Shown here one piece after another: positions 20,707-30,610 of a DNA stretch of 64,000 nucleotides; position 1 is the first letter of the stretch; the number at the start of each line of letters is the position of its first letter. Origin of the DNA: Candidatus Latescibacterota bacterium (GTDB lineage: Bacteria; Krumholzibacteriota; Krumholzibacteriia; WVZY01). A program made the position numbers and the translations under genes. Location: NCBI GenBank assembly GCA_963791045.1, contig CAWBQK010000015.1:32001-96000 (forward strand), given 5' to 3'. The notes beneath the pieces were generated by a model. It was not told where the DNA came from. It saw only the letters and a program-made list of their open reading frames with translations, and did no database searches.

Positions 20707-21924
20707 TCAATTCGAGGCTGTATCTTCCTTGTTTCCGTTCTTCTGTTTGGGCAACGCAAGCTTATCCTGCATCGTCGCCTCAAGAACCTTCACTTTTGTC
20801 CCCGTTCGCAAACCACCAACACCGACGACGACAACCGTGTCGCCAACGGTGATCCCGGTAATAATCTCGGTGTAGTCCTCGTCCTGGTATCCCGTCCGGA
20901 CGGTCGCCCTTCGAACGGTGTCCGCCTCGGCGATGTACACATAGAGTTCACCCGCGTCCGAAATCAGCCCGCGCCTCGGAATGGTGAGAGAGCCCTGCCT
21001 CGTGTCGGTAACGATCTTGATACGTGCAAAACTACCCGGCATCGCGTTGCCGCGCGTTTCCGCCGTAACCTTGACCGTCCCGGACCTCTCGTCAACCTCG
21101 GGCGAGATTCTCACGACTTTACCCATAAGCCGATTCTCCGGATCGTTGTCCGGACTGATCGTTACGGCTTGCCCCACGTCGATGTCGCGGATTTCCGACT
21201 CGGGAAGATACATGCGGATGAGCAGCGGGCTGGTGTCGGCAACCTCGAATAACTCTGTGCCAACGCTTATGTTCTGCCCCAACTCGATATGACGTTTTGT
21301 GACTACACCTGCGAACGGGGCGCGCACCTTCGTGTACTCGTAGCGAAGAAGAGCGGCCTCGTAGTTGTTCTTTGCAATCTCGTACTCATATTTGGCGGTG
21401 GAGTACTCGCGATCGCTGATCAGGTTCTCCTTGAACATCGATTCGATCCGTTTGAACTCGGCATCCTGTTTATCAACATTGATCCGAGCTTCATCGAGCT
21501 CGATACGGGGGGCGTCGTCTTCGATCTGACAGAGCACCGCGCCGGCGGCGACCATCGCCCCTTCCTCCGCATGAAGCTTGACGATCTCACCGGCGGTCTT
21601 GGCAAGAACATTGACCTCGCGTTCGGGGTCGAGCGTAGCGGTCGTATAGTAATACGACGAAATCTCGCGCGGGGCCGCCGTTGCGACCTCGACGGGAACC
21701 GGATCCGGTTCCTTCTTCTCGTCCTTGCCATCCTTGTCATCCGACGACTCGTCCGTCGCCACCGCCGTTGAGTCGGCCGTCGAGTCCGCCGCGGCCAGAG
21801 TCGAATCCGCCGCGTCGCCCCCCCCACCCCTTAAGGCGGTTTGCGCGAAGTACCCACCCACGCAAACAACAATTACGACGAGAACCAGTGTAATCCAGAG
21901 CTTTCGTTTCCCGAATCGAGCCAT
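20707..21924 (-). CDS. RND periplasmic adaptor (membrane fusion protein)
   Basis: Start re-called to MARFGK after AAGGAG. N-terminal TM, acidic linker, VRAPFAGVV lipoyl/hairpin and PGSFAR. Confidence 0.93.
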   Translation of the reverse strand: MARFGKRKLWITLVLVVIVVCVGGYFAQTALRGGGGDAADSTLAAADSTADSTAVATDESSDDKDGKDEKKEPDPVPVEVATAAPREISSYYYTTATLDPEREVNVLAKTAGEIVKLHAEEGAMVAAGAVLCQIEDDAPRIELDEARINVDKQDAEFKRIESMFKENLISDREYSTAKYEYEIAKNNYEAALLRYEYTKVRAPFAGVVTKRHIELGQNISVGTELFEVADTSPLLIRMYLPESEIRDIDVGQAVTISPDNDPENRLMGKVVRISPEVDERSGTVKVTAETRGNAMPGSFARIKIVTDTRQGSLTIPRRGLISDAGELYVYIAEADTVRRATVRTGYQDEDYTEIITGITVGDTVVVVGVGGLRTGTKVKVLEATMQDKLALPKQKNGNKEDTASN

Positions 21925-22153
21925 TACATACTCCTTCACCGCTCGAGGACGATCCAGACCCTTTGAAATACGGAGTGGGTAGTAGAAAAGTTTCAATCTT
22001 GATGATGCCAACGCCACATTGTCGAATATAACTAATTTGCCCGGGTTAAAGAGGAGGATCATTGCCGGGATCGGGCGAGAATGAGCGAGGAAATCATTGC
22101 GGCCCACGTCGGTAAACGTGTATGTTTACACGAGAAAGGGAGATCATCTAACT

Positions 22154-22963
22154 ATGAGGCAATACACAAATTATAATCGGCGGTCTTTTTTCGGGCACCA
22201 TCTGTCGAACTCCGTCGCCAACAAACTCATCCTCGCCAACGTCATCGTCCACCTGCTCAAGGCGTTGTCCTCGGACCCCATGGCGATCATCCACTTCTTT
22301 GGCCTATCCCCCAAACTCGTTGTAACACAATTCTTTATATGGCAGCCGATCACATACATGTTCCTCCACGCGGATTTCATGCATCTTTTCTTCAATATGT
22401 TGATGACCTGGATGCTGGGCAACACTATCGAGTCTGTGTGGGGGTCGAGAAAGTTCCTCAAGTACTACGTCGCATGCGGTCTCGGAGGGGCGGTCTTCAG
22501 CGCGATCTTCAACTTTGCCGGCCCGCCCGTGGTCGGTAATAGCGGCGCCGTCTTCGGACTCTATCTGGCGTACGCGTTGATGTTCCCCAACAACTACGTG
22601 TATATCAACTTCCTGCTCCCGGTAAAAGCCAAGTACCTGTTGTCGTTTCTCATCGTCGCACAGCTTCTCCTTGGCATCTCCGGCGCGTCGGGAATCGCCT
22701 ATTTTGCCCACATCGGTGGGATGGCGGCCGGACTCTTGTTCTTCAAGGATAAAATCAATGCGTCCCGTGTGGGGGCAACCTTAAGACGGTTTAAATCGCC
22801 GGGCTCTCAGAATCCGAAGAAACGAAAATGGGAGTCTCAGGAAGGCGCAAAAATCGACTCGATTCTCGACAAGATAGCGGCAAAAGGGTTCGATAACCTC
22901 AGCGCGACCGAAAAGCGTATCCTGGAAAACTACAGCCGAAAGCAAAAGGAAGACTCCGAATAG
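22154..22963 (+). CDS. Rhomboid intramembrane serine protease with a DUF6576-like C-terminal tail
   Basis: WQPITYMFLH..HLFFNM, VGNSG (GxSG), AHIGG; tail IDSILDKI..KG...LS..EKRIL. Confidence 0.9.
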   Translation: MRQYTNYNRRSFFGHHLSNSVANKLILANVIVHLLKALSSDPMAIIHFFGLSPKLVVTQFFIWQPITYMFLHADFMHLFFNMLMTWMLGNTIESVWGSRKFLKYYVACGLGGAVFSAIFNFAGPPVVGNSGAVFGLYLAYALMFPNNYVYINFLLPVKAKYLLSFLIVAQLLLGISGASGIAYFAHIGGMAAGLLFFKDKINASRVGATLRRFKSPGSQNPKKRKWESQEGAKIDSILDKIAAKGFDNLSATEKRILENYSRKQKEDSE

Positions 22964-24336
22964 ACATCCCCAACATCACACCGTCAAAAAACGCGGGATC
23001 CTATCGGGAGGTATGGGAACTCGCCTACCCCGCCATTATCACAATGATCTCCCAGACCGTCATGTGGACGGTCGATTCCGCCATGGTTGGCCATGTGGGC
23101 AAGACCGAGCTCGCCGCAGTCGGCCTTGGGGGCCTTCTCATCTGGACGATCTACTCGTTCTTCATCGGATTGAGTTACAGCGTCAGCACGTTTGTCGCGC
23201 AGAACTTCGGCGCGAACAAACGTTCGATGTGCGCCGTGTATCTGTGGAACGGTCTCTACATCGCGCTTATTTCGGGTGCAATCATCCTCGTGATCCGGCA
23301 TTTCAACCCGCTGACGGTCGACCTTCTGGGGCCGGCCGAGAATGTGAGAACGCTGTGCGTGGTTTACGCGGGCATCCGTATGCTGAGCGCACCGTTTTTT
23401 ATCGTCCAATACACGTTTTCGAATTTCTTCCGCGGGCTTGGAAATACAGTATCGCCCATGAAGGTGATGATCTTCGCGAATGTCGTCAACATCGTACTCG
23501 ATTACTTCCTCATATTCGGTCACGGCCCGTTCCCGCAAATGGGCGTCGCGGGGGCCGCGTGGGCGACAGCCGTGGCCAACGTTCTCTCCGCCGTTGTTTT
23601 TATAATAATTGCGTTTTCCGCCAAATACCGGCGTGAATACGAGATCCTCCGCCACTGGCGATTCAACCGGGGGGCGTTCACCCGCTTGATCCGTATCGGT
23701 CTTCCGATTGGAATTCACTACGTTCTCGACATGGGGAGCTTTCTTGTTTTTTCGGCGTATATCGGCCGGATGGGAACCGAACAACTCGCCGCCAATCATA
23801 TCGTGATCCAGGTTCTCGCGCTCTCGTTTATGCCGTGCCACGGGTTCTCGGTCTCGGCGACAACCCTTATGGGCCAATACATAGGGGCGGGATTCCCGGA
23901 CCTGGCTAAAAAAAGCGCGTATACGGCGATCAAGCTCGGACTGACCTACGCCTTGCTCATCGGTGTCGTTTACGTCCTCTTCCCCGAACAGCTCGTGAGG
24001 ATCTTCAACAACGACCCCGCGGTCGTCTCGTTTGGCAAAAAGATTGTGTATTTTGCCGCTTTGTTCCAGATCTTCGATGCGCTCCAGATGGTCTCGGCGG
24101 GCGGGCTCCGCGGAGCGGGCGACACCAAGACGCCAATGATTCTCGCCATCGGAGGGGGGTGGCTGGTTTTTCTTCCCTTTGGATTCTTGTTTGGAACGGT
24201 GATGAAAGGCGGGGTTGTCGGAGCGTGGTTGGGAGCGACGCTCTACATTGTGTGCCTCGGGATCGCCATGTTCCTGTGGCTCAAAACGGACAGGTGGAAA
24301 CGGATCCGGCTCGAACAGCCGGATTCGGAAGCGTAA
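22960..24336 (+). CDS. MATE-family efflux transporter; probable non-canonical ATA start at 22960 (first ATG is 23044)
   Basis: DSAMVGHVG..ELAAV, RGLGNT..PM, MGVAGAAWAT, GLRGAGDTKTPM. The MATE-like N-terminal helix YREVWELAYPAII lies in frame upstream of the ATG. Confidence 0.9.
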   Translation: MDIPNITPSKNAGSYREVWELAYPAIITMISQTVMWTVDSAMVGHVGKTELAAVGLGGLLIWTIYSFFIGLSYSVSTFVAQNFGANKRSMCAVYLWNGLYIALISGAIILVIRHFNPLTVDLLGPAENVRTLCVVYAGIRMLSAPFFIVQYTFSNFFRGLGNTVSPMKVMIFANVVNIVLDYFLIFGHGPFPQMGVAGAAWATAVANVLSAVVFIIIAFSAKYRREYEILRHWRFNRGAFTRLIRIGLPIGIHYVLDMGSFLVFSAYIGRMGTEQLAANHIVIQVLALSFMPCHGFSVSATTLMGQYIGAGFPDLAKKSAYTAIKLGLTYALLIGVVYVLFPEQLVRIFNNDPAVVSFGKKIVYFAALFQIFDALQMVSAGGLRGAGDTKTPMILAIGGGWLVFLPFGFLFGTVMKGGVVGAWLGATLYIVCLGIAMFLWLKTDRWKRIRLEQPDSEA

Positions 24337-24382
24337 TTCAAACGGCGCTTCAACACGGCCTTTGATCCGCGCCGCAGGGAGT

Positions 24383-24886
24383 TCAAGCGCCGGTTACAGC
24401 CTCATCCATTGCGCGCACTTCTTCATCCCCGAGCTTGCGCGAGGGGACACCACCCTTGACACTTACGGCATAACTCCGTGTCGAATTTCTTCCCGTAAGA
24501 TATGTGAGAAGAACGCCGTTCTTCTCTCCATCGAGCAGACACAAAGAGTAACTCTGCTGTCCACCAATGTCGTCAAAGGCGTCGTAGCGAACAAGCCCCA
24601 CCCGGTTGAAGTAACCGGTGCTGAGCCCATTGAGTTCCTCGACACTTCGCACCAGGCCGTCGATCCGCACATTGTTTCTCTCGACCGCTTTTGAAATCGT
24701 CGGGATGGCCGTGCTCAGATCATCCGAACCGTGGCCGATCGCTTTGAGAGGACTTATCAGCGCCCGTATTTTCGACCGGGTTCCTAGCACCATGACAAAA
24801 GCAACGAGGCCGAGGAGCAGACCGCCGAGCGCGATGAGACCCGCAAACTCCTCAGTGTAACCGGACAGTTGGTTTAGATATTCCAT
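24383..24886 (-). CDS. DUF4446 family membrane protein
   Basis: N-terminal TM, coiled coil, VGLVRYDAFDDIGGQQSYSLCLLD...G...R.YA...G......EE. Confidence 0.85.
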   Translation of the reverse strand: MEYLNQLSGYTEEFAGLIALGGLLLGLVAFVMVLGTRSKIRALISPLKAIGHGSDDLSTAIPTISKAVERNNVRIDGLVRSVEELNGLSTGYFNRVGLVRYDAFDDIGGQQSYSLCLLDGEKNGVLLTYLTGRNSTRSYAVSVKGGVPSRKLGDEEVRAMDEAVTGA

Positions 24887-24945
24887 GGCGTTCCGGGGTT
24901 AAATGGTCGGATATTGCTTCAAACGATAAAAATCGTATACGCGCA

Positions 24946-24971
24946 GTAAATTCTTGTAAACAAGAATTTAC
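24946..24971. promoter_or_regulatory. Perfect 12-bp inverted repeat (candidate operator) overlapping the -35 box of the DUF4446 promoter
   Basis: GTAAATTCTTGT-AA-ACAAGAATTTAC; the minus strand also reads TTTACA-17 nt-TACGAT. Confidence 0.55.
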
Positions 24972-25043
24972 ACTTGCCGCCCCCCTTTTTCCAGCAGTCT
25001 GAGGCGGCCTGAATCCCGTCTTGCATGGTGATTCCGACCAAAC

Positions 25044-26510
25044 CTAGTACTTGACCTGAACCGTGTAGGTCAATTCTGCCGATCCCTTTTTATCAACGGG
25101 AATATCAAAACGAATACGGTTCGACGACTCTTTCGTATAATCGTGGCTACTCTCTGTAATCGTCCAGTCACTCGGTATCGTTTCGATGACCTGGATAACC
25201 ACGGATTCGTCCTTGTGATTTCTCAATGTCACCTTGTATGCCGACTCGTACAGATGTCCGCTGGCGAGAACTTTGTACTGGGTCTGCACCCGCTCGCCCA
25301 CGATATCGAACGCTTCACCCATCTTGACACGGATCTTTTCGTCACGCGGAGTGTGGTCGATCGAATCTTCCCCGATGAACTGGAGCGCGCCGTCATCATC
25401 TTCTTTGTACACACGCACGACTCCCTTTGGGAGCGGCATCCCCATATGGTTTTTTTCTGAATTATCCAGAGTGAAATACACGCCGATTTTTGTCGACTTG
25501 TCCGGGCCGGACATCGCCGAGAACCAGTAATTCATCTGAGGTTGGTAAACGTAGATCTTCTCTACGCCGACTTTCTCAGCGTCGAGCAGACTGATCTGCT
25601 TGGTCTGGTTGTTTTTTATCGTGCTCTTACGCTGCAGGCTGTAGAGATGATACTCAAAGAAGGCCTTTTCTTCGAACTGTGGGGCCGACGCGCGCCCGCC
25701 CCTGGCGTACATGTCCTCGGCAAGCCGCATCTTCTTGTATTCCTGTGGAGCCCGGTGGACATCGCCCGCAACAAGCTTCACAGAGGCGTCCTCATAGGTG
25801 GCGCCACTCCTGTTATCGATGGTTACCCAGCCGGACACATCGACTTCATCGTCGCCCGGCGACAGTACGAGCACATAATTTGACTTCCAGCTGATGCCGC
25901 CGGTGAGGTAACTCGCCTCGACCGTGTGGTTCTTGCGGTCGTTGTCGAGCATCCACATTAGCGTCGGGCGCGATATCAACCCCTCGGGGAGCTCCGGAAG
26001 CACCACACGCCCGGGCGGGTTGACGGCGATCTTGCCGTCGATCTCGTAGACATACCCGCCTTCGATTCCCACAAGTTTTCCGCTTTTAACGACCTCTTTG
26101 TCATCGACGATCGTGATGAGCTCCACGGTCCGCCCCAGGTATTTCTCCATGAGCTTCGCGGGGCTTATCAAATCGTACTCGAAGTTCTGTTCGAGCACGG
26201 CGAGTCCACCGGGATTCGTCAGCGACACGATATGGACGCTCGTTGGATCGATGCGCGCCGCCACACCCTCGAACCTCAGGTCAAACACGCCGGTTGGAAG
26301 CGCCACCTTGCGCACATCTTTGACGAGTCCGAGATCGGTGTTGTAAATCGTGATGCTCACCGACTCCTGATCATCCGGCGTGCTTTTTTCCGCCGAATTT
26401 CCCGCGGCAAATACCGAGCCGGCCATGGATACACATGCGACAACAAGGAACACAAAAAACGGCAACACGGCAATCCCGTGGATACGGATTGTGGTATTTT
26501 TGTAAAACAT
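25044..26510 (-). CDS. DUF4139 domain secreted protein
   Basis: Signal peptide; SITIYN.DLGLVKDVR, LEQNFEYDL, SYLTGGISW, EYHLY, GMPLPKGVVRVY, GEDSIDHTP. Confidence 0.88.
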   Translation of the reverse strand: MFYKNTTIRIHGIAVLPFFVFLVVACVSMAGSVFAAGNSAEKSTPDDQESVSITIYNTDLGLVKDVRKVALPTGVFDLRFEGVAARIDPTSVHIVSLTNPGGLAVLEQNFEYDLISPAKLMEKYLGRTVELITIVDDKEVVKSGKLVGIEGGYVYEIDGKIAVNPPGRVVLPELPEGLISRPTLMWMLDNDRKNHTVEASYLTGGISWKSNYVLVLSPGDDEVDVSGWVTIDNRSGATYEDASVKLVAGDVHRAPQEYKKMRLAEDMYARGGRASAPQFEEKAFFEYHLYSLQRKSTIKNNQTKQISLLDAEKVGVEKIYVYQPQMNYWFSAMSGPDKSTKIGVYFTLDNSEKNHMGMPLPKGVVRVYKEDDDGALQFIGEDSIDHTPRDEKIRVKMGEAFDIVGERVQTQYKVLASGHLYESAYKVTLRNHKDESVVIQVIETIPSDWTITESSHDYTKESSNRIRFDIPVDKKGSAELTYTVQVKY

Positions 26511-26683
26511 GACGATTAGACCTCCTGAGGTGGATGGCTATCCGATCTCAACGCGCCCGAACGACGCCACTTCTTATATTTTTGTACAAAATCGCTGCTT
26601 GATAATTCCCCAGGGGCATCCCAGGAATAAACGCCTATGCCGAATCAAATCATACGGACAAACGCAAGACCCTGTCAGCAAAT

Positions 26684-26712
26684 AAAAAAAGACCCGGGTA
26701 TAAACCCGGGTC
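26684..26712 (-). terminator. Terminator after tRNA-Leu
   Basis: Minus strand GACCCGGGT-TTAT-ACCCGGGTC-TTTTTTT. Confidence 0.8.
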
Positions 26713-26726
26713 GACATTTCAAAAAA

Positions 26727-26814
26727 TGGTGCCGAGGGCGGGACTCGAACCCGCACAGACACGAGGTCTACTGCCCCCTCAAGACAGCGTGTCTACCAGT
26801 TTCACCACCTCGGC
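26727..26814 (-). tRNA. tRNA-Leu(GAG)
   Basis: GCCGAGG acceptor stem to CCTCGGC-ACCA, D-loop TGGTAGAC, anticodon arm CTGTC-TTGAGGG-GGCAG, long variable arm, GGTTCGAGTCC. Usual position downstream of secG. Confidence 0.97.
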
Positions 26815-26832
26815 ACTATCGAATTATTTGTA

Positions 26833-27210
26833 TTATTGTGCCTGCGTCGTATCGGCCTCCGCGGCGGCCGAGTCGAGAACGGCGGCTCCAAGGAACTCGT
26901 CTATACTCTCGCCCTGAGGAATCACATTGTTATTCTGAATCGACTGCCGGATAGCACTCTCGGGCCGCGCGACACTTCGTTTAGACGCGAGAAGCGCAAG
27001 CGCGAGGGAGAGCAACATAAACCCAACGGCCAAATAAGTCGTCGCCTTGCTCAAAAATGTGGCTGTTTCGTGCCCGCCAAAAACGGTTTGATCGCCGCCG
27101 CCTCCAAAAGCGCCGGCAAGACCGCCGCCCTTGCTCGACTGCATCAATACCACGACGATAAGCACGAAGCAGACGATAATATGCAGTGCCTGTATGATGT
27201 TGTAAAGCAT
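26833..27210 (-). CDS. secG: Preprotein translocase subunit SecG
   Basis: VVLMQSSKGGGLAGAFGGG...FLSKAT; lies between tpiA and tRNA-Leu. Confidence 0.95.
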   Translation of the reverse strand: MLYNIIQALHIIVCFVLIVVVLMQSSKGGGLAGAFGGGGDQTVFGGHETATFLSKATTYLAVGFMLLSLALALLASKRSVARPESAIRQSIQNNNVIPQGESIDEFLGAAVLDSAAAEADTTQAQ

Positions 27211-27339
27211 TCTGTTTCCTGGATCCTTTCGATTTCACTCGCCGGTCTTGTCTTTATGGTAATCCGGCGATTTATCAATACGGGAGCGCAGCGGGAAGTC
27301 CACTCGGACAACCTGCAGCCGCATCCGCGCTATAGTATA

Positions 27340-28098
27340 CTACGGAATGGCGTCGGCAATCTGCAAAAAAGATTCTATTTCGAGGCTGGCCCCGCCAACC
27401 AGAGCTCCGTCTATTTCCTCTTCGCCGAGCAGGCGCCCCGCGTTATCCGGCTTGACGCTGCCTCCGTAGAGAATCCGGACCGCGGCAGCCACATCGGCCC
27501 CGAAACGGGCCTTGACGATTCCGCGTATGAACTCATGCATCGAGACCGCGTCCTCCGGAGTAGCGGTCTTGCCCGTCCCAATGGCCCATACTGGCTCGTA
27601 CGCAATTACGATCCGCTCCATATCGGACGCGCTCAAGCCAGAGAGGGCGGTTTCAAGCTGCTCCCGGACAAAAGGCCCGGCTTCTCCACACTCACGCTGT
27701 TCGAGCTTTTCACCCACACAGAGAACGGCGACGAGCCCCGCCTCGAGGGCCGCAACCAGCTTCCTGCGGATTACGTCGTTCCCCTCGCCTATGACATGAC
27801 GGCGCTCGGAGTGACCGACCAGCGCATGCGTTCCACCCACTTCAACGATCATCCCGCCCGAAATCTCTCCCGTGAACGCCCCTTCCTTTTCCCAGAAGAT
27901 ATCCTGCGCCCCAACACCCACCGGGCCCCCATCGAGTGCCGCGGCGACATCCGAAACGGCAAAGAAGGGGGGAAACAACACCATGTCAAACGCGGGGTCC
28001 GTCGGGATTTCTCCCGCGAGACGGGCCGCGTACGCGCGCGCGTCAACGAGCCCTTTTTGCATTTTCCAGTTGGCCGATATGAGTTTTTTTCTAGCCAC
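27340..28098 (-). CDS. tpiA: Triosephosphate isomerase
   Basis: ANWKM, GAFTGE, GHSERR, AYEPVWAIGTG, LYGGSV, LVGGAS. Confidence 0.98.
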   Translation of the reverse strand: MARKKLISANWKMQKGLVDARAYAARLAGEIPTDPAFDMVLFPPFFAVSDVAAALDGGPVGVGAQDIFWEKEGAFTGEISGGMIVEVGGTHALVGHSERRHVIGEGNDVIRRKLVAALEAGLVAVLCVGEKLEQRECGEAGPFVREQLETALSGLSASDMERIVIAYEPVWAIGTGKTATPEDAVSMHEFIRGIVKARFGADVAAAVRILYGGSVKPDNAGRLLGEEEIDGALVGGASLEIESFLQIADAIP

Positions 28099-28167
28099 TT
28101 AAATTCTCCGATGTCCGGCCGCCACACGGCCGCCGCGACGTCATAACAATGTCCGGACCGCCAACCC

Positions 28168-29379
28168 TCACACGGTGCTTCCGCTTGGGTCGCAAAGCGC
28201 GGCGACGCCCGGAAGCTCCTTGCCCTCCATAAACTCGAGCGACGCTCCGCCACCGGTCGATATATGCGTATACTTGTCGGCGATCCCCATCAAGTTGATC
28301 GCGGCGACACTGTCCCCGCCCCCCACGATCGATACGGCGCCCTTCGATGTCGCGTCCGCCACGGCTCTTGCGATCTCCTTGGTCCCTTCGGCAAACCGCG
28401 GTTTTTCGAAGATACCCATCGGACCATTCCAGAAAATGGTCCCGGCCCCAGCGAGCGACTGTTTGAAGAGCTCGATCGACTTGGGACCTATATCGACGCC
28501 AAGCCAGTCCTCGGGGATATCGGCACTGGACACCTCGCGGGTTGGTGAGGCCTCGTCTATTTCGGTCGCCACGATGCAGTCGACGGGCAGAAGGAGTTTC
28601 GACGGCCCTGACCTCGAACTCTCGAGCAGTTCCTTGCACATCGACAAATAACTATCGTCGACAATACTCTTCCCGATCTCAAGCCCCGTCGCTTTGAAAA
28701 AGGTAAACATCATACCGCCGCCGACTAGAAGCACGTCGACCCTGGACATCAACGACTGGATAAGATTGATCTTCCCTTTTATCTTCGCTCCTCCGAGCAC
28801 GGCGACGAACGGCCGCACCGGGTTCTCGAGCGCGTTTCCCAGCGCCTCAAGCTCATTCTCCATGAGACAGCCGGCAGCGCGGACGTCAAAAAATTCTCCG
28901 ACACCAACCGTGGAAGCGTGGGCCCTGTGGGCGGCCCCGAACGCGTCGTTCACATAAACATCACCCAGCGACGCGAGCTCCCGGGAAAACTCGGGATCGT
29001 TGGCCTCTTCCCCGGGGTAGAAACGGAGATTCTCCAGCAAGAGAATTTCTCCGTCGTTCAATTGATCGACTTTGTGCCGCACCTCTTCGCCGATGCAGTC
29101 CTTCACGAATTTGACCGGGCTGTCGATCAGCTTTCCGAGGTGAAACGCGACGGGCGCCAGGCTAAGCTGATCATCCCGCTTGCCCCTGGGCCGTCCCAGA
29201 TGGCTTGCCAGAATCAGACGGCCTCCCCGTTCGACGATATTTTTGATTGTCGGCAGCGCCGCCACGATCCTCGTATCATCCGTGATGTTCCGGTCCCGGT
29301 CAAAAGGGACATTGAAATCAACACGCATAAATACGCGTTTACCCGTGACGTCGCAGTCACGAACGCTGAGTTTTTTCAT
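28168..29379 (-). CDS. pgk: Phosphoglycerate kinase
   Basis: RVDFNVP, SHLGRP, LLENLRF, NDAFGAAHRAHAS, HISTGGGAS. Confidence 0.98.
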   Translation of the reverse strand: MKKLSVRDCDVTGKRVFMRVDFNVPFDRDRNITDDTRIVAALPTIKNIVERGGRLILASHLGRPRGKRDDQLSLAPVAFHLGKLIDSPVKFVKDCIGEEVRHKVDQLNDGEILLLENLRFYPGEEANDPEFSRELASLGDVYVNDAFGAAHRAHASTVGVGEFFDVRAAGCLMENELEALGNALENPVRPFVAVLGGAKIKGKINLIQSLMSRVDVLLVGGGMMFTFFKATGLEIGKSIVDDSYLSMCKELLESSRSGPSKLLLPVDCIVATEIDEASPTREVSSADIPEDWLGVDIGPKSIELFKQSLAGAGTIFWNGPMGIFEKPRFAEGTKEIARAVADATSKGAVSIVGGGDSVAAINLMGIADKYTHISTGGGASLEFMEGKELPGVAALCDPSGSTV

Positions 29380-29391
29380 TTCCTCTCACAC

Positions 29392-30390
29392 TCACTTAAC
29401 GAGAAGTCTGAGCATGTCGACCATCCGGGCCGAGTAACCAAACTCGTTGTCGTACCACGACAACACCTTGAACATATTCCTGCCGACGCTCATTGTCGCT
29501 TTGGCGTCGAATATCGACGAGTGATTGTTGCCGATGATATCCACCGATACGATTTCGTCTTCGGTGTACTCGAGAATGCCTTTGAGGGGCCCATTCGCCG
29601 CTTTCTTCATCATCTTGTTGATCTCTTCAACGGTCGTCTTTTTCTTCAACGTCACCGTCAAATCGACGACCGAACCGTTCGAAACGGGAACTCTGACGGC
29701 CATTCCATCGAGCTTGCCGGCCACTTCGGGCATTACCTTGCTGACGGCGCGCGCCGCCCCCGTCGTCGTCGGAATCATCGATACCGCGGCCGCACGGGCA
29801 CGCCGGAGATCCTTGTGCGGACTATCCAGGATCACCTGATCGTTTGTATAAGCATGGATCGTCGTCATCAACCCTTGGGTGATTTCAAAATTGTCGTTCA
29901 AGACTTTTGCTACGGGTGCAAGACAGTTTGTCGTACATGACGCGGTCGAGATGATGTGGTGTTTGCGTTTGTTGTATTTCTTGTGATTGACACCAACGAC
30001 AATCATCATGTCGGCGTCCCCCGACGGAGCGGAAATCATAACTTTTTTCGCGCCGGCATCGATGTGCTTGCTCGCGAGTTCGTGGCTCTTGAAATAACCC
30101 GTGGACTCGATAACGACATCCACTCCCAACTTCCCCCACGGAAGATTCGCCGGATCTTTTTCCTTCAATACTTTCAATGTACGGTTACCGACCTTAATGC
30201 CGCCTTTGACCGCTTTGACTTCGGCCGGGAAACGCCCGTGCACCGAATCGTACTTGAGCAGATGCGCGAGCACGTCAGGACTTGTGAGATCGTTTACCGC
30301 TACAAATTCGATCGATCTGTCTTTGAAGCCGTGACGAAACACCAATCGTCCGATACGACCAAAACCGTTGATAGCTACCTTGATCGCCAT
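29392..30390 (-). CDS. gap: Type I glyceraldehyde-3-phosphate dehydrogenase
   Basis: INGFGRIGR, ASCTTNCL, WYDNE. Confidence 0.98.
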   Translation of the reverse strand: MAIKVAINGFGRIGRLVFRHGFKDRSIEFVAVNDLTSPDVLAHLLKYDSVHGRFPAEVKAVKGGIKVGNRTLKVLKEKDPANLPWGKLGVDVVIESTGYFKSHELASKHIDAGAKKVMISAPSGDADMMIVVGVNHKKYNKRKHHIISTASCTTNCLAPVAKVLNDNFEITQGLMTTIHAYTNDQVILDSPHKDLRRARAAAVSMIPTTTGAARAVSKVMPEVAGKLDGMAVRVPVSNGSVVDLTVTLKKKTTVEEINKMMKKAANGPLKGILEYTEDEIVSVDIIGNNHSSIFDAKATMSVGRNMFKVLSWYDNEFGYSARMVDMLRLLVK

Positions 30391-30572
30391 CGAAACCTCC
30401 CTGCTTAACGTTCATCCGTTTATTCGGCAAGAAAGAAGGGTTCCTGTGGATCGACCACTAAGAACCTCCACAACATAACAAAACTTTTTTCAAATCGAAT
30501 CCTTGAAAAACCCCCCGGCCGACTGGTTCATACCCAGCCCGCGCGGGGGCGTTAGCGCCGCTTGAGATTGAG

Positions 30573-30601
30573 ATGATAACCAGCGCGGAGGGCCGTGTCA
30601 A
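30573..30601 (-). promoter_or_regulatory. Sigma70-type promoter of gap-pgk-tpiA
   Basis: Minus strand TTGACA-17 nt-TATCAT. Confidence 0.65.
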
Positions 30602-30610
30602 GTCCAAGGG

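Noticed and set aside
26684-26814. tRNA-Leu as an island integration site
   Set aside because: No integrase and no duplicated tRNA 3' end seen in the window; a normal terminator follows.
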